Positions 42,225 to 56,606 of a stretch of DNA of 64,000 nucleotides are shown here, in pieces (positions within the stretch are counted from its first letter, which is position 1; each line of letters starts with the position of its first letter). This DNA comes from Octopus vulgaris (lineage: Eukaryota). Made by a program: the position numbers and the translations under genes. A model generated the notes under the pieces. The model was not told the DNA's origin. It saw only the letters and a list, made by a program, of their open reading frames with translations, and made no database searches. The stretch covers positions 71,176,001-71,240,000 of the forward strand of contig OX597817.1 in the NCBI GenBank assembly GCA_951406725.2. The letters run 5' to 3'.

Positions 42225-42684
42225 TACTATATGCGTGTGTGTGTGTGTGTTTGTGTGTGTGTGTACGTAGTTATATACTTAAACAGACACAGTCATACAC
42301 ACAAACTCACGTGTACACACACATATACACATTTATGAAATATTAACCATAACCATTTATATATACTAGTACCACTAATATGAGATAACATGGATACCTT
42401 TACGTTGTCAATCAATCTGCATGAAACTGGATCGAAATCTCCCTTAAACACTACTCTATCCTCCTTAAAAAATGATAAATATATCGAATAAACTGATATC
42501 GGATATGTAAGAAAACAAGACTGGATGGTCACATCTAGAGTACCTGTGAAACGATAGATCTCGACACGCAAGACTAGTCGTCTCAGCATGTCTAACTGCT
42601 GTCAGAGAGCTACAGCAGCTACGGCTCTCAGTGAGTGGGCTATATTTGACAAATTCTGCAAAATATTTACAGAAATATGAAATA

Positions 42685-43328
42685 CAAGAGGGTATCAAAA
42701 TGTTTCCGGACTCGTTCTGTAGTGCTCCAAGAAGTACTTGGTTTTTAAAAAAATTTATTGATATTTAAGCTCAGCCCGAAAAGATCTGCCACGGGCGTCA
42801 CCCCTGGAAATATGGCATTATACTTCAAGAATTCATTCCCCAGGGCCAGACCGTCAATCGAGAGTTCTACTGTGACGTTTTGAAGTATTTCCGGGAGGAC
42901 ATTCGGCGAAAGCAACAGAATCTCTGGAACACGAAGAATTGGATTCTTCACGATGACAATGTACCCGATCACCGAGCTCTGCTCATTCGCGAGTTTCTCG
43001 CCAGAAACAACATAGTGTCGTTTTCGTACCCGTCCTATTCGCCAGATTTAGTACCTGCGGACTTCCAGCTCTTCCCCAAGATGAAAATGCAGCTCAAAGG
43101 TCGCTGTTTTAACACCGTTATTGAGATCCGGAGCGAATCGCAGGTCCTCGACTCGCTTACGGAAAAAGACTTTCAAGTCGGATTCCAAAAGTGACATGAA
43201 CGCTGAGACCGGTGTATTGTTGTACAAGGCCACTATTTCGAAGGCGATGATGTTAAAACTTAGGTATATAAGATTTAAATTTTTTTTTTATTAAACAACT
43301 ACCCCGGGAACCTTCTGATACCATCTCC
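42685..43328 (+). mobile_element. Internally deleted mariner element
   Basis: Imperfect TIRs ta|caagagggtatcaaaatgtttccgg and ccgggaaccttctgataccatctcc|ta; WILHDDN..YSPDLVPADFQLFPKMK. Confidence 0.85.
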
Positions 43329-43750
43329 TATACATACTTCATAGGAAAGGACACGATCTTGTAAGCAAAATAACAATGACATCAACAACAACAGAAACGA
43401 TCCAGAAAAGACGGTGACAGTACTTCCTGCTTGGAAGTACCGTTATCTTCGTTTCTCTTGTCACAAGTCCGCACTGAATACATTTCAATATGAACGTTTC
43501 AAAAGTATATAAATAAGCTGTGTAAAGATAACATAAAAAGTCTGAAAATTATACAATATAGCAATAATGCCGTTAAAACATCTTTAGGGAACAAAATGAT
43601 TTTACTATCATACACGATATTTATGTAGCAGTAGTAAAGAAAATATTCTTCCAGCTATAATACAGATCTTACAGAATCAAAAATTATACTGAAATTAATC
43701 TAGATTAACTCTTTCACAATGGAGCTGGTCTGGTTACATATCCTCTATAC

Positions 43751-44690
43751 CAGTGCTTCTCGAACTATCCGATGTGGCGTACTGGTAGTTTTTTTCCCAA
43801 TGTGTCAGGGACCGGTAATATTTCTTAGGAGTGACGTGAGGTAAGAGGTTCATCGCCTCAATATGTGTCTTATTATGTTTTGAATTGTAATGGACTTGTT
43901 AGTCCAAAGAAATTGTAAAACATTGTAAATTGTAAGAGGGTTATTACCTCAATGTGTATTATATTAAAACAACAATGTTATAGAGAAGCAGAGGGTCGGC
44001 GGGCGCTTTCTGTCTTCTCCCATAATTATCATCCTGTATTATTATTATTCGCCTCATCAATGTCTTTTCCAGCCTGCAAAGCTACCCATCTTTGTACTGC
44101 CTCTATGGCAAATGAAATGAAATAAAGTAACTTCCTTACCAACCACATGGTTCCGGGTTCAGTCACACTGCGTGGCACATTGGTCAAGTGTCTTCTACTA
44201 TAGCCTCGGGCCGACAAGAGCCTTGTGAATGGATTTGGTAGACGGAAACTGAAAGAAGCCCGTCGTATATATGTATATATGTATATATATATGTGTGTGT
44301 GTATGTTTGTGTGTCTGTGTTTATCCCCCTAGCATTGCTTGACAACCAATGATAGTGTGTTTATGTCCCCGTAACTTAGTGGTTCGGCAAAAAATACCGA
44401 TAGAATAACTACTAGGCTTACAAAGAATAAGTCCCGGGGTCGATTTCCTCAACTAAAGGCGGTGCTCCAGCATGGCCGCAGTCAAATGACTGAAACAAGT
44501 AAAAGAGTAGAAGAGTAATATTAATTTATACCGGAAACAATATATATAATGAATATAATAAAAGTTGACAATTTTTTTTATCTTTACAAATAATACAATA
44601 TAACATAAGCATTTTATAATGTTTCTTTTCTGGAAACTCACCGCGTATCGGCAGCTGATGGCTCGAAGACCACTACTTTGAGTAGCACTG
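43751..44690. mobile_element. hAT (Charlie-like) non-autonomous element carrying a nested SINE
   Basis: TIRs cagtgcttctcgaa / tttgagtagcactg; perfect 8-bp TSD ctctatac (43743-43750, 44691-44698). Confidence 0.85.
44127..44516 (+). mobile_element. SINE family B nested in the hAT element
   Basis: Near full-length match to 24150-24558. Confidence 0.85.
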
Positions 44691-44811
44691 CTCTATACCA
44701 TATACATAAAATCATGCATTGAATAGACAGGTGTTACAAAAGACATTTATAATCGAATGAGGAACGACATAAGTGTTCATGCTAAAAACCAAGCTACAAG
44801 GCACATTAATA

Positions 44812-44894
<83 letters not shown>

Positions 44895-44904
44895 ATGCAT
44901 ATAT

Positions 44905-44953
<49 letters not shown>

Positions 44954-45989
44954 TATTTAGCAGAAGCAACAGATTAACTCAAGATACGAGAGTTACTCTA
45001 TTATATACTCATATTTTGATATCTATTTTTCCTGTTCGCACCAACATACACACACACACACACACACACATGCACATGTATGATCTTTGTGCGCACACTA
45101 TACCCGACGTCACCATCCGCCTAGAAACCCATCAACGCTTTCTAGCTTTTAAATAGTACAAATAAGAAAAGAACTAACTAAAAAGTACCACAACTAAACA
45201 GCCTTTATATCCTAAACAAAGCACGCCAACACAAACATCCTCGTATCACATCAAACCAGCTTCAATAGCTCTTTCCCAGGCATCGCATTCTGCTTTAGGC
45301 ACCCAACACAACCACCTGGAAAACGATTCTTGAAATAGCATCGGACCATCTACTAATCATCATCACAACACACTTTCGTAAATTTCTGAATTAAGAATAT
45401 TTTGAGGAGTTCGTGTCGGCTCTTTCCGAGCTGAGCTCAAACATTTTTATTCTTTAGAAATATCGATATATTTTTAAAAACCAAGTTGTTGTTGTTGTTG
45501 TTGTTCTTCTTCTTCTTGTTCTTCTTGTTCTTGTTCTTCTTTTTCTTCTTGTTCTTGTTCTTGTTCTTGTTCTTCTTCTTGTTCTTCTTGTTCTTCTTCT
45601 TCTTCTTCTTCTTCTTCTTCTTCTTCTTGTTCTTCTTCTTCTTCTTCTTCTTCTTCTTCTTCTTCTTCTTCTTCTTCTATTTTGGATTGCATTCCGTAAT
45701 GTAATCTTAGATACATTGAAAATAATATGAGCTGGTTATGGCCAGAGTTCTTTGATCATGCACCCACATGGTCAGAGCTGAAGTATGGTGGGTGGCAAAC
45801 ATAAATTCTAACGCCTGCCCTCCTCGCCCACTCACACTATACCTTCACGACTGGAGCCGACCTAGAGACTAATAATAAAACCACATTGGCCGATAAGGAA
45901 AGATTTATGCAGTGACTCAATCTGCTACGAAAGCAATCAAAGTAGTGCAAATCATATACTATCGTTTCGAGAGTTTCTCAAGTCTACTG

Positions 45990-46127
45990 TGCGGATCCAA
46001 GCACTGTAACACCGATGGACGAAGTGTGTGGATCGTGAGAGGGACTATGTTGAAAAATTAACTTCATGCGGTCACATTCCATGAGGGTATCTTAATCAGC
46101 TTATGAACTTTTCAGCCGACCTTCGTA
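45990..46127 (+). mobile_element. mariner 3' terminal fragment
   Basis: RWTKCVDRERDYVEK and TIR-like ttatgaacttttcagccgaccttcg|ta; same family as 50398-50790. Confidence 0.7.
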
Positions 46128-46538
46128 GTGTCGCAGGGTCTCCGACGCTCTAACGTTTCTATCAATCCACTACCCTTGAATAATTGAGCTACCTCTAACT
46201 CAAAATTTTTAACATCATTTTATTAAAAAAATCACAGCTGGAATATGTATGACCATAAACCTGCTTGACCAGGGCTGATTTGTGGCTAAACAACAACGAT
46301 GGCGATGAAGATGACTACGACGACGACGACGATAACGACGACGATGACGACGACAATGATGACGACGAAGCCAAGTACTTGATCAATGAAATTGTCTGCA
46401 ATCTACTCCTATGGCCTGGTGCCAACGATAGGGCTATACGTTGGCACTAGTGATATAGCGTCCCACAAAATGCCTAAAGGTAAAATTATTGAAAAGAGAT
46501 GAAATATATATATACATACAGATGTATGAATACATACG

Positions 46539-46570
<32 letters not shown>

Positions 46571-46979
46571 TGTATGTATGTATGTATGTATGTATGTATG
46601 TATGTATGTATGTATGCATGAATGTGTGCATGTAGGTGTGTGTGTTTGTACGTGTATGCGTATTTGTGTACGTATGATTCTATGCATGTGTGTATGCGCG
46701 TGTAAACTGTGAGAACAAACCTACTAGAACACCAGAAGCAGGGCCAGTGAAAGATCATGCCCACCGAAAGTGGATTTTTCGCAGCAGAAAGGCATATATT
46801 TTCAACTGCCAAAAAAAAAACCTGTAGAAAATACCTAAACCATTGAACTGAAGTAATTTAAGATATCTCCCTGCGTGGATAAATATACTCTGATCCAGTA
46901 GGGAATTCTGCTATCACCAGACAAACAGATACAGATAAATCTTATCTTTAACTCTTTCACAAATTTCATTATTTGTACA

Positions 46980-47494
46980 TCTATATATATATAAAACTGT
47001 TGTTGTGTGAGTGTCTGTCCCCTTCGATTTAGATTCCTAACTACTCCCACATTTTGCGGTGCAGTTTAACCAAATTTGGGTATCTTATAGTCGTGATTCA
47101 TATCGAGCCCGTCTGAGTATTAGCGCGCGTCTACGATGAGTCTACGATTTTAAAAATAATTTAACATAATGTTTGATTCCATTTTAATGCATAATTTTTC
47201 GTGTGTCGATGGCGGCGGAGTTGGCGTCCATGGTCACACCTGCACCTGTTTGCTTCTCCCCCTTCTTCCCTCCCTCGTGAAGTTGTGGGGAAGGGAGTGT
47301 AAGGAAATCAACGTCGTAAAGCGTTGTCAAGGAGATCAGCGTTCTTTTAGAACAACGACTTCATGGCTTGAAGACACCAAAACAGAAATGGCTAAGAAAG
47401 CCCGAATTGGCATCTATAAGGGAAGTAACTCTCTAAAAATGCTTATATAGTTATTTCCCTTACAAACCCGAGCAACGCCGGGCGATACTGCTAG
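46980..47494 (+). mobile_element. Non-autonomous Helitron
   Basis: 5' A|TC, subterminal GC hairpin cccgagcaacgccggg, 3' CTAG|T, no TSD. Confidence 0.85.
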
Positions 47495-47710
47495 TTATTA
47501 ATAATGCTTATATACCAGAAATACCCCGAGATATATGAAAATATGAAAATATACATATGAATATATCGCTGTGCGTGTACGTTTTTATGTGTATTTCCCA
47601 GCCCATTCCATTTATTTTACAAGTATCTGTATTTCAAAATAGTAATGTGAATATGTCCTTTCACTCTATTTTGATAAGCTACTCGCCTTTTTTTTATCTT
47701 CTCGGGATGG

Positions 47711-48339
47711 ATGGCGAGCTGGCAGAAACGTTAGCACGCCGGGCGAAATACGTAGCCGTATTTCGTCTGCCGTTACGTTCTGGGTTCAAATTCCGCCGAG
47801 GTCGTCTTTGCCTTTCATCCTTTCGGGGTCGATAAATTAACTAGCAGTTACGCACTGGGGTCGATGTAATCGACTTAATACCTATGCCTGTCCTTGTTTG
47901 TCCCCTCTGTGTTTAGCCCCTTGTGGGTAATAAAGAAATAGGTATGGATAAACAAATATGGATATCTTCTCGGTACCCACATCCGTTTATGGTTTGAGTT
48001 GTTGAAGAGGTCAAGCATTACGTTAGTTCTGAGTAGAACCGGAATGTATCTAAATGAAACTCAAGTAACCCTTCTATAAAATATGTATCGTTCATGTACT
48101 AGAGTCATTATGATCGAAAAGATAACAATAACCGCAAACGAACGAAACAACAAAACATGAGCAAACTGTGACCACATTACAATGCAAGAAAGTTGTCTTC
48201 TTGTTATTAATTTTCATCGTTATTCTTTCATCCGCTTTGGTCGAAAGGTCGACTTTGCCTTTCATCCTTTCGGGGTGGATAAAGTAAGTACTAAATCATT
48301 TCCCTCTAAAACTGTGGGACTTGTGCCAAAATTTGAAAC

Positions 48340-48383
<44 letters not shown>

Positions 48384-48413
48384 GTAGTAGTAGTAGTAGT
48401 ATTAGTGGTGGTG

Positions 48414-48479
<66 letters not shown>

Positions 48480-48725
48480 AGGCGAGCTGACTGAACCGTT
48501 AGCACGTTGGGCAAAATGCTTAACGACATTTCGTTCGTCTTCGTGTTCTGAGTTCAAATTCTGCCGAAGTCGACTCGGTTTTGCCTTTCAGCCTTTCGGG
48601 GATTAAATAAGTACCAGTTACGCACTGGGGTAAATGTACTCGACTTAATCCTTCCCCCGAATTTGAGGCCTTGTGCTTCTAGTAGAAAAGTTAACAACAA
48701 TAATAATAACAATAATAATAATAAC

Positions 48726-48797
<72 letters not shown>

Positions 48798-48798
48798 G

Positions 48799-48832
<34 letters not shown>

Positions 48833-49293
48833 ACACTATTATGTCGATCAGGCAGAATCGTTAGCATGGCGGGCAAAATGCTTAGCGGCATTTAGGTCTC
48901 TGTACGCTCTTAGTTCAAATTCCGCCGAGGTCGATTTTACCTTTCATCCTTTCAGGGTCGATAAATTAAGTACAGGTTGTGTACTGGGGTTGATCTAATC
49001 GACTGGCTCCTTCCCACCAAATTTCAGGTCTTGTGCCTATAATAGAAATTATTATTATTATTATTATTATTATGCGAGCTGGCAGAATCTTTAGCATGCC
49101 GGGAAAAATGCTCAGCGGCATTTCGTCCGTCTTCAAATCCCGAGTACTAATTCCGCCGAGGTCGACTTTGCTTTTCATTCCTTCGGAGTCGATAAAATAA
49201 GTACCAGTTGAGCACTGGGGTCAATGTAATTAACTTACCCTTCCCTCGAAATTGCTGGCCTTGTGCCAAAATTGGAAACTATCATTATTACTA

Positions 49294-49327
<34 letters not shown>

Positions 49328-52050
49328 AGCAGTGGACCGATAATAGTCGTAGCACGCCGGACAAAATGCTTAACGGCATTTCGTCTAGTATCATTGTTTT
49401 TCTTTGCAGTGAGCAAATACTTCAACATAGTTCCGAACAAAGTTGAATTTACCATGGTTTACTTGATGGAAGTTGGAAATATTTCTATTTTGTTTCCTTT
49501 CATTAAAATAGTTGTTCGTTTGAATAACCATCTTTTTACCTTAAGATAGAAAACAAACTTTGTCGTTTGACATGTTTTGCATGTTATATTTTTGAAAACA
49601 TTGTTTACTCGTAATTTAATATGGCTTTTTCTCTGCAAGCTGTAAAATGTATATGCTAGTCTCAAAAACGTGGTAGCGATAGTTACACTCCCATAGACAG
49701 CTTTGAAAAGCAATAACAAAGATTTGGAAAAAATGAGAAAAAAATAAATACTGATAATTGAAAAGAAAAAAAAAAGAGAGAAAGAACAGATAAAGTTATG
49801 ATAAAAGACATTTTGATTTTGAAAGGTAGACAGAAAAAAAATATCTAGAAACAAACAAATTTCAAAACATACTTTAGCATTTTAATACTCACCAAACGTT
49901 GATATAAAAATTTCATACCAGAGGCAAATAATAACAGATTTGGTGGCTTTGCGAGCCAGAAAGAAGTATTCATACTGAGCTGGCGCCTGGAAAGTAAAAG
50001 AGAACGTCTGCTTTAAGGAAAACTCATTCTGAGTTCAAATCCCACTGAAGTCGACTTTGCTTTTCATTCGTTTATGGTTGATAATATAAAATACTAATCA
50101 AGTATTGAATTCATTGGAACTAACTAACCTCTCCCTCCTCCGAATTCCAAGCTTTCTGCTTATAAGAGAAACAGTTAAGGGTGAGAAACTGACAGAGTCG
50201 CTTAAGCGTCGGGAAAAATTCATCTTTGCTTTTCATCTCATCGAAGTCAAAACAATAAAGTACCAGTGAAATACTTGGGTCAATGTAACTGATTAGCCCG
50301 CTCCTCTCAAAATTGTTAGCTTTAAACCTAAATCAAGAACTATTTAAGAGTAATGGATTGACATGATCGTAAGAGCGTCGGAGACCTTGCGACATTATGA
50401 GGGTCGCCCGAAAAGATCATTGGCTGAGCAAGATATTCACATGGAATATGACCAAATGAAGTTTATTATTCAACATACTCTCCCCTTGCGGTCCACGTAC
50501 TTCTTCCATTGGTGTTGCAGTGCTTGAATCCCACTGGTGAAGAAGTGTTCATCCTGTTGATAAAAAAATCTTTAACAACAGACATGACGTCATCATCACT
50601 GCGATACTGGCTCTCAGCCAAGAGTTTTTTTAATGTTGGGGAACAGATAACAGTCAAATGGGACCAAATCAGGAGAATATGGCGGGTAATCAACCAGTTC
50701 AAGGCCTCAGTCATGCACAGTAACCATTGAAAGCAAAGACTTGTGTGCTGGAGCATTGTTCTGATGCAACAAGGCTCCCCTTGTCAGTTTTCCTTTCGAC
50801 ACTTTATGTTCTGAGCTCAAATCACGCCTTGGTTAATTTGCATTTTATCCTTTAGTGGTGGTGGTGGTGGTGGTGGTGGTCGATGTAATCGGCTAGCACC
50901 TTCTCCTCAAAATTGCTGGTCTTGTGCCACAATTAAAAACCAAAGTGAATGAGCTAGAAGAGTAATTTTCGTGTCAGGCTTAATGTGTAGCAGCATTTCT
51001 CCTGGATCTTTAGGGTCCGAGTTCAAATTCCACCGAGGTCGACTTTGCCTTTTACCCTCTCTGGGTCGATAAAATAAGTACCAGCTGAGAACTAGGGTCG
51101 ATGTAATCGACTTACTTTCTCATTGACATTGCTGGCTTTGCGCCAAAATTTGAAACCATTTGGCAGAAACGTTACTAAGGTGGCGAGCTGGCAGAAACGT
51201 TAGCACGCCGGGCGAAATGCTTAGCGGTATTTCGTCTGCCCGTCCAGCTGGGGAACACGTACGCCATAGAAACCGGGAAACCGGGCCCATAAGCCTGGCT
51301 AGGCCTTAAAAGGGCGCATTTATTTTAGGCGGGGGAAGCTGGCAGAAACGTTAGCACGCCGGGCGAAATGCGTAGCCGTATTTCGTCTGCCGCTACGTTC
51401 TGAGTTCAAATTCCGCCGAGGTCGACTTTGCCTTTCATCCTTTCGGGGTCGATTAAATAAGTACCAGTTACGCACTGGGGTCGATATAATCGACTTAATC
51501 CGTTTATGTCCTTGTTTGTCCTCCCTGGTTTAGCCCCTTGTGGGCAATAAAGAAATAAGAAACATTACCATGCCGGGAAAAATGCTTAGTGGCATTTCGT
51601 CCGTCTTTACGTTCTGAGTTCAAATTCTGTCGAGGCTGATTTTGCTTTTCACCTTTCGGGATCGATAAAATAAGTACCGGTTCAGCACTGGGGTCGATGT
51701 ACTCGCCTCACAACCCCACAAAATTTCAAGTATTGTGCTTCAAGTGGAAAGAATTATTATTATCACAGTTTGGTCGAAGGCAATGTTTAGCAGGATCGAT
51801 TCTGCCATGAACCGTCTTTCATACATTCAGGGACGATGAAAGTCCTAGCCAATCATTGTTATCGATATAATCGACAGTTCCTTCACTCAAATAAGCCTTA
51901 TGTATATGATAGAATCTATCATTATTGTTGGGTCGTTGAAATGGTATGCGGCTGGACTAAATTCCTTACAGTAATTCGATGTTCCTAGTTCGAATTCTAC
52001 CCGTGTCAAATATTTTCTTTCATCTTTTCAGGTTTGTTATAATAATTACT
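47711..52050 (+). repeat. Dense same-orientation cluster of SINE family A copies and fragments separated by (TAA)n/(TAG)n
   Basis: Units at ~47711, 48246, 48479, 48850, 49073, 50030, 50200, 50800, 51010, 51177, 51328, 51570. Confidence 0.8.
50398..50790 (-). mobile_element. mariner 3' fragment
   Basis: PPYSPDLVPFDCYLFPNIKK and RGEYVE*; TIR-like ta|tgagggtcgcccgaaaag. Confidence 0.8.
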
Positions 52051-52199
52051 AAGCAGGTGCAATTAATCAATAATTTCGATTACAGCCGATCTCCTTCCAT
52101 CCCATCCTATTGCAAATATATCGCTGTTGTTGGTAGCTGTCATTGTTGATATTGGAGATGTTTTATTCAACATCGATAGCCATCTACACCCAACGAACA

Positions 52200-52470
52200 G
52201 CACCAATACCCGACGCTGATCAACGACTGCTAACTACATTATTACAATAAGCAAACAACACGACTAGCCAAACCCCAACCAGCCCTACAGCTAGCACCAC
52301 CACCACCAATACCACCACCACCACCAGCAAAGCTTCTACCAACAACAGCACCAGTATCAACTTCACAATCATCATCATCATCATCAGCGTCGTCATCGTC
52401 ATCATCACCTTCACTGTTACTACTATCAGTGTTATCACTATCATTGTCACTATAAACCAAACCAGCAGCA

Positions 52471-52502
<32 letters not shown>

Positions 52503-52972
52503 CTCATCATCATCATCAACATCATAATAATCATCATCAACACTACCGTCATTACAAATATTACCATCATTAGCAACTCTACCCTAACACTGATCCCTCT
52601 ACTACCATCACCACCAACACCACTACAACAACAACAGCAACAACCAGTCCACCAATACGACCACTACTACCATCACTAATATCAACAACATTGTTATCTC
52701 CACCACCACCAAGACTATCAGCGATCCCAACCCAACACCACCACTACCACCATCATCACCATCACCACTGGATTTGCTACTCCTGCCAGTACAACAAACA
52801 TACCGCCAAATTCTTCCATACCACCGTCGCTATGTCTGTAAGCAATGCCAAGAAGAAAGTACCTTTTCGTGGTTCGAGGTCTCTTCACCTGCAAGAAATA
52901 GCAACCAAATCTACTTCAAATCACACCCTACTGCCTTGAAAGAAAGGAAAGACATCTTCGATAATGTAGTTC

Positions 52973-53024
<52 letters not shown>

Positions 53025-54600
53025 TGGAAGAGAGAGACTGTTTATAAAAAAGTAAAAATAAGGAATGGTGCTAGTCATGGCTGGAATGTCTTTTTTATTA
53101 TTAAAGGTCTGTTTAGATCATGGCTGGCTTGGGGCTAAACAACTTCAACTATAACAGTACTGTTACCACTGCCGCCACCGCCGCTGCCACCCTCAAAACA
53201 TAACTACTAACTCCACCCGCAGAAGCAACACCATCACACCACCACCATTACCACCACTACCACCACCAACAACAACAACAACACCCACAACACCCCCATT
53301 GCCACCACTTATACTACAACCACCACTACCACCACCACCAGCGTTATACTTCACCACAAAAACCACTACCACCACTAACATAACCGCCACCACCGCGAAC
53401 AATAACACAACTTCCCCTGTCACCACCATTATTACTACCATTACTGCTACAACAAGTAGCATCAACTCCATCATCACTATAAATACCACCACTGTCATTT
53501 ACAAAACTACCACCACCACCATCACCACCACCACCACCACCACCACCACCACCACCATCACCACCACCACCATCACCACTACCACCACACCATCAACGTC
53601 ACCATTGATACTACTGTTTCTGTCATCACAACTGTCACCACTACCACTACCACCACCACTAACACACAACCACTACTACCACACCACTAGCACCACACTA
53701 CCACTACCGCTACTACTCCAACCGTTATCACAACCCCCAAACCACCACCATCGCCGTCGCCGCCGCCGCCGCCGCCACCGACGCTGCCACCACTACCACC
53801 ATTAACACCAACACGTAAGTCATCATTGATACCATTGCTTGTCATCGAAATTGTCACCGCTACCACCACCACCACCACCACCACCACCACAATGATATTC
53901 CCACTATCGTCATCACTGCCACATATCACCCTGTGACCATCAACAATACATCATCGTCAGCATCATTGTCATTATCAGCAGCAGCAGCAACAACGATAAC
54001 AGCAGCAAACACAATCACTTACCGGCTTCCATAATAACAGTGGCAGCAGCAACAACAACAGCAGTAACCACAGCTGTAGTAATAGTAGCAGCAATAACAG
54101 CAGCAGGAGAAACAGCAGCAGCAGCAGTGACAGCAGCAGCAACAGCAGCGGTAGTAACAGCAGCAGTGGTATTGGCGGCAGCAGCCGCAGCGGCGGCCAA
54201 AGAAGAAACGAAAGAAGAAAAAAGAAAAGAAAAAAATAACTGCCAAAAAAATTCTTTCAAAAAAGCCAACACAAACATCACCACCACCACCACCACCACC
54301 ACCACCTCAAACAACAACAACAACAACAGCAACATCGCAATAGCAACTACAACTACAACAGGAAGAGTATCAGCAAGTGCTATCAACTCACATCGCTCTC
54401 CCTTACAATTTCGTCCCCGCCTCCAGCCACACTGGAAACATGTGAACCATTTCCGAGTAAGAACAAACCCACCACTACAAACACCACCACCACCACCACC
54501 ACCACCATTATTATCGCTTAATCATGAAACAACAACAACAACAACAGCAACAACCAACTGTAGCGGCTAACTCAGCAACAACACCAACAACAGCAGTAAC
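52200..54600. repeat. Long compound trinucleotide low-complexity tract ((ACC)n, (CAT)n, (CAA)n, (CAG)n)
   Basis: Directly visible; strong C/A skew on the + strand. Confidence 0.85.
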
Positions 54601-54854
54601 GGAACCAACAAAGCTATTATCCGTCAGTAAAACATTATCCGTACAAAACCTCATCCGTCCTCATTGAAGCATGCTCATGGTCTTTGGAAAACACCTCCGT
54701 CCGCTGCCTTCCCCTCCTTCTTCCTCTTCCTCCTCTTCCTCTTCTTTCTGTCTCACCCTTATCTCTCTCTCTCTCTCTCTCTCCCTCTCTCTCGTAAATC
54801 GGCAACAACGAATGGTATAGTATAGTAAAAACACCAGCAACATTATCAACAATA

Positions 54855-54911
<57 letters not shown>

Positions 54912-54966
54912 GAACTAGCAGTCTCAACGACAGCAGCAGCAACATAAAAAAAATGAAATAGTAAAT

Positions 54967-55024
<58 letters not shown>

Positions 55025-55506
55025 AATAGATGTATATGTGAACATGGCCTTCTCTACGTCAGCACTTAAAAGTTTGAGGGTGTATATCTGTTTGTGTATA
55101 TAAAAAGGAAGGAACCAGCTTTCTTCGGATGTCATTCTCTCTTCATTGCAAGGAGGCACAAGAATATACCGGAGGACAACAAGAACAAGAACAACATTAA
55201 CGAGAATGACAACAAAAAACAAATAATTAAGAATAAGAACAAGAACCAAAGACAACCACGAACTGGAATCGAACTGTAAATGACACCACCATCCAACACC
55301 TTTATTACGTCCAAACCGCAAGAAGACGGGAAAAAAAAACGAAGTTGTCATCATCATAATCAGCAACAATAACAAATGTGATGACAAACGAAAAACAAAG
55401 GAATTTTTTCCCCCTATAAGTGATAGAGGTTATTAATTGTTAATTAACTTGATTTCATCATTGGCACGCAATTTTACTGTTGATAATATTTTCGTGTCTT
55501 ATATTT
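54023..55506 (-). other. Candidate host exon (long 5' UTR plus short coding start)
   Basis: Minus-strand acceptor ccctttttctctctcctttttatcag| at 55507 and donor GCCG|gtaagt at 54022; open frame before the donor. No homology evidence. Confidence 0.3.
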
Positions 55507-56570
55507 CTGATAAAAAGGAGAGAGAAAAAGGGAATATACATAGATTTGTGTATATGCGTGTATATTACTTTGTGTGTATATATGTATACATATACATATA
55601 CTGACATACAGCCACGAAGGAAAGAGATATAAAAACCGTACTCAGCACATGTTATAGTGTTTATATTTATTAAGAATCCGATAGTGATTTTCAGCGTTGA
55701 TGTTACTCAGAGATTCAGCCTACACGTTCAAGCAATATTTTTTGTGATATATATATGCACACACATACACACACACACACAATATTGACAACCAAACACA
55801 AGCAAAGAAGAAATAAGTGAAAAAAAGTAAGAAGCGAAGAATTCAAGAACAGAAAATTCGAAGAACTACTAAACAAACAAAGGATATATATATATATATA
55901 TAAACATATATATATATGAATATATAGATATAAGTACCCGGAAAACTGAATTTTGTGCTTTATTTGCTGTTAAATCGCAAGAATGTTTTCTAAAATTGAC
56001 AGTATTCATATAACCATGTCGAACTTCTGCCTTCTACTTCTTGGAGTATTGGTATTTCACACACAGGTAAGTCACATTTTATAAAGTACTTTGTATACAG
56101 CGTGTATGTGTGTGTATTATTTTTATTTTGGTTGAGTCAATTCCTGGCAACTCGGAGTTTTGCCCGTGGGAACATAAGGCCTTAAGACAAATTACGGCTC
56201 TTTCTTCTGACAGTCAAGACTACGCGAATATATATACTTGTTTCCTTTCAGTCGACAGAGGCTACGCAGGGGCACTGTCTTTAAGGGTTTATTCAATCAA
56301 ATTGCTTCCTAGTTCTCACATTAAGCCGGGTACTTATTCTACAGCCGTAGGGTCAAACACTAAGATTCACATACACACACATACATGTATACACAAATGA
56401 CGAGCTTCTACATAATTTCCCTCCGTTAAATTCACGAAGTAACTCACAAGCCATTGGTCGACGCGAGGCTGTATTAGAAGACACTTGTTCAAGTTGCCAC
56501 GCGGTGGGAGTGAACCCCAAAACCACGTGGTTCGAAAGCGAACTTCTTAACAACGTAGCCATAACCATGC

Positions 56571-56606
<36 letters not shown>

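Noticed and set aside
45474-45716. Poly-E/Q ORF
   Set aside because: Pure (GAA/CAA)n microsatellite with no flanking coding signal.
47711-52050. CRISPR-like repeat-spacer array
   Set aside because: Units are ~200-bp diverged SINEs with microsatellite spacers in a eukaryotic context; no cas genes.
54635-55387. 250-aa hydrophobic ORF as a membrane protein
   Set aside because: It runs through (TA)n, (GTA)n and (GA)n repeats; the hydrophobicity is a repeat artefact.
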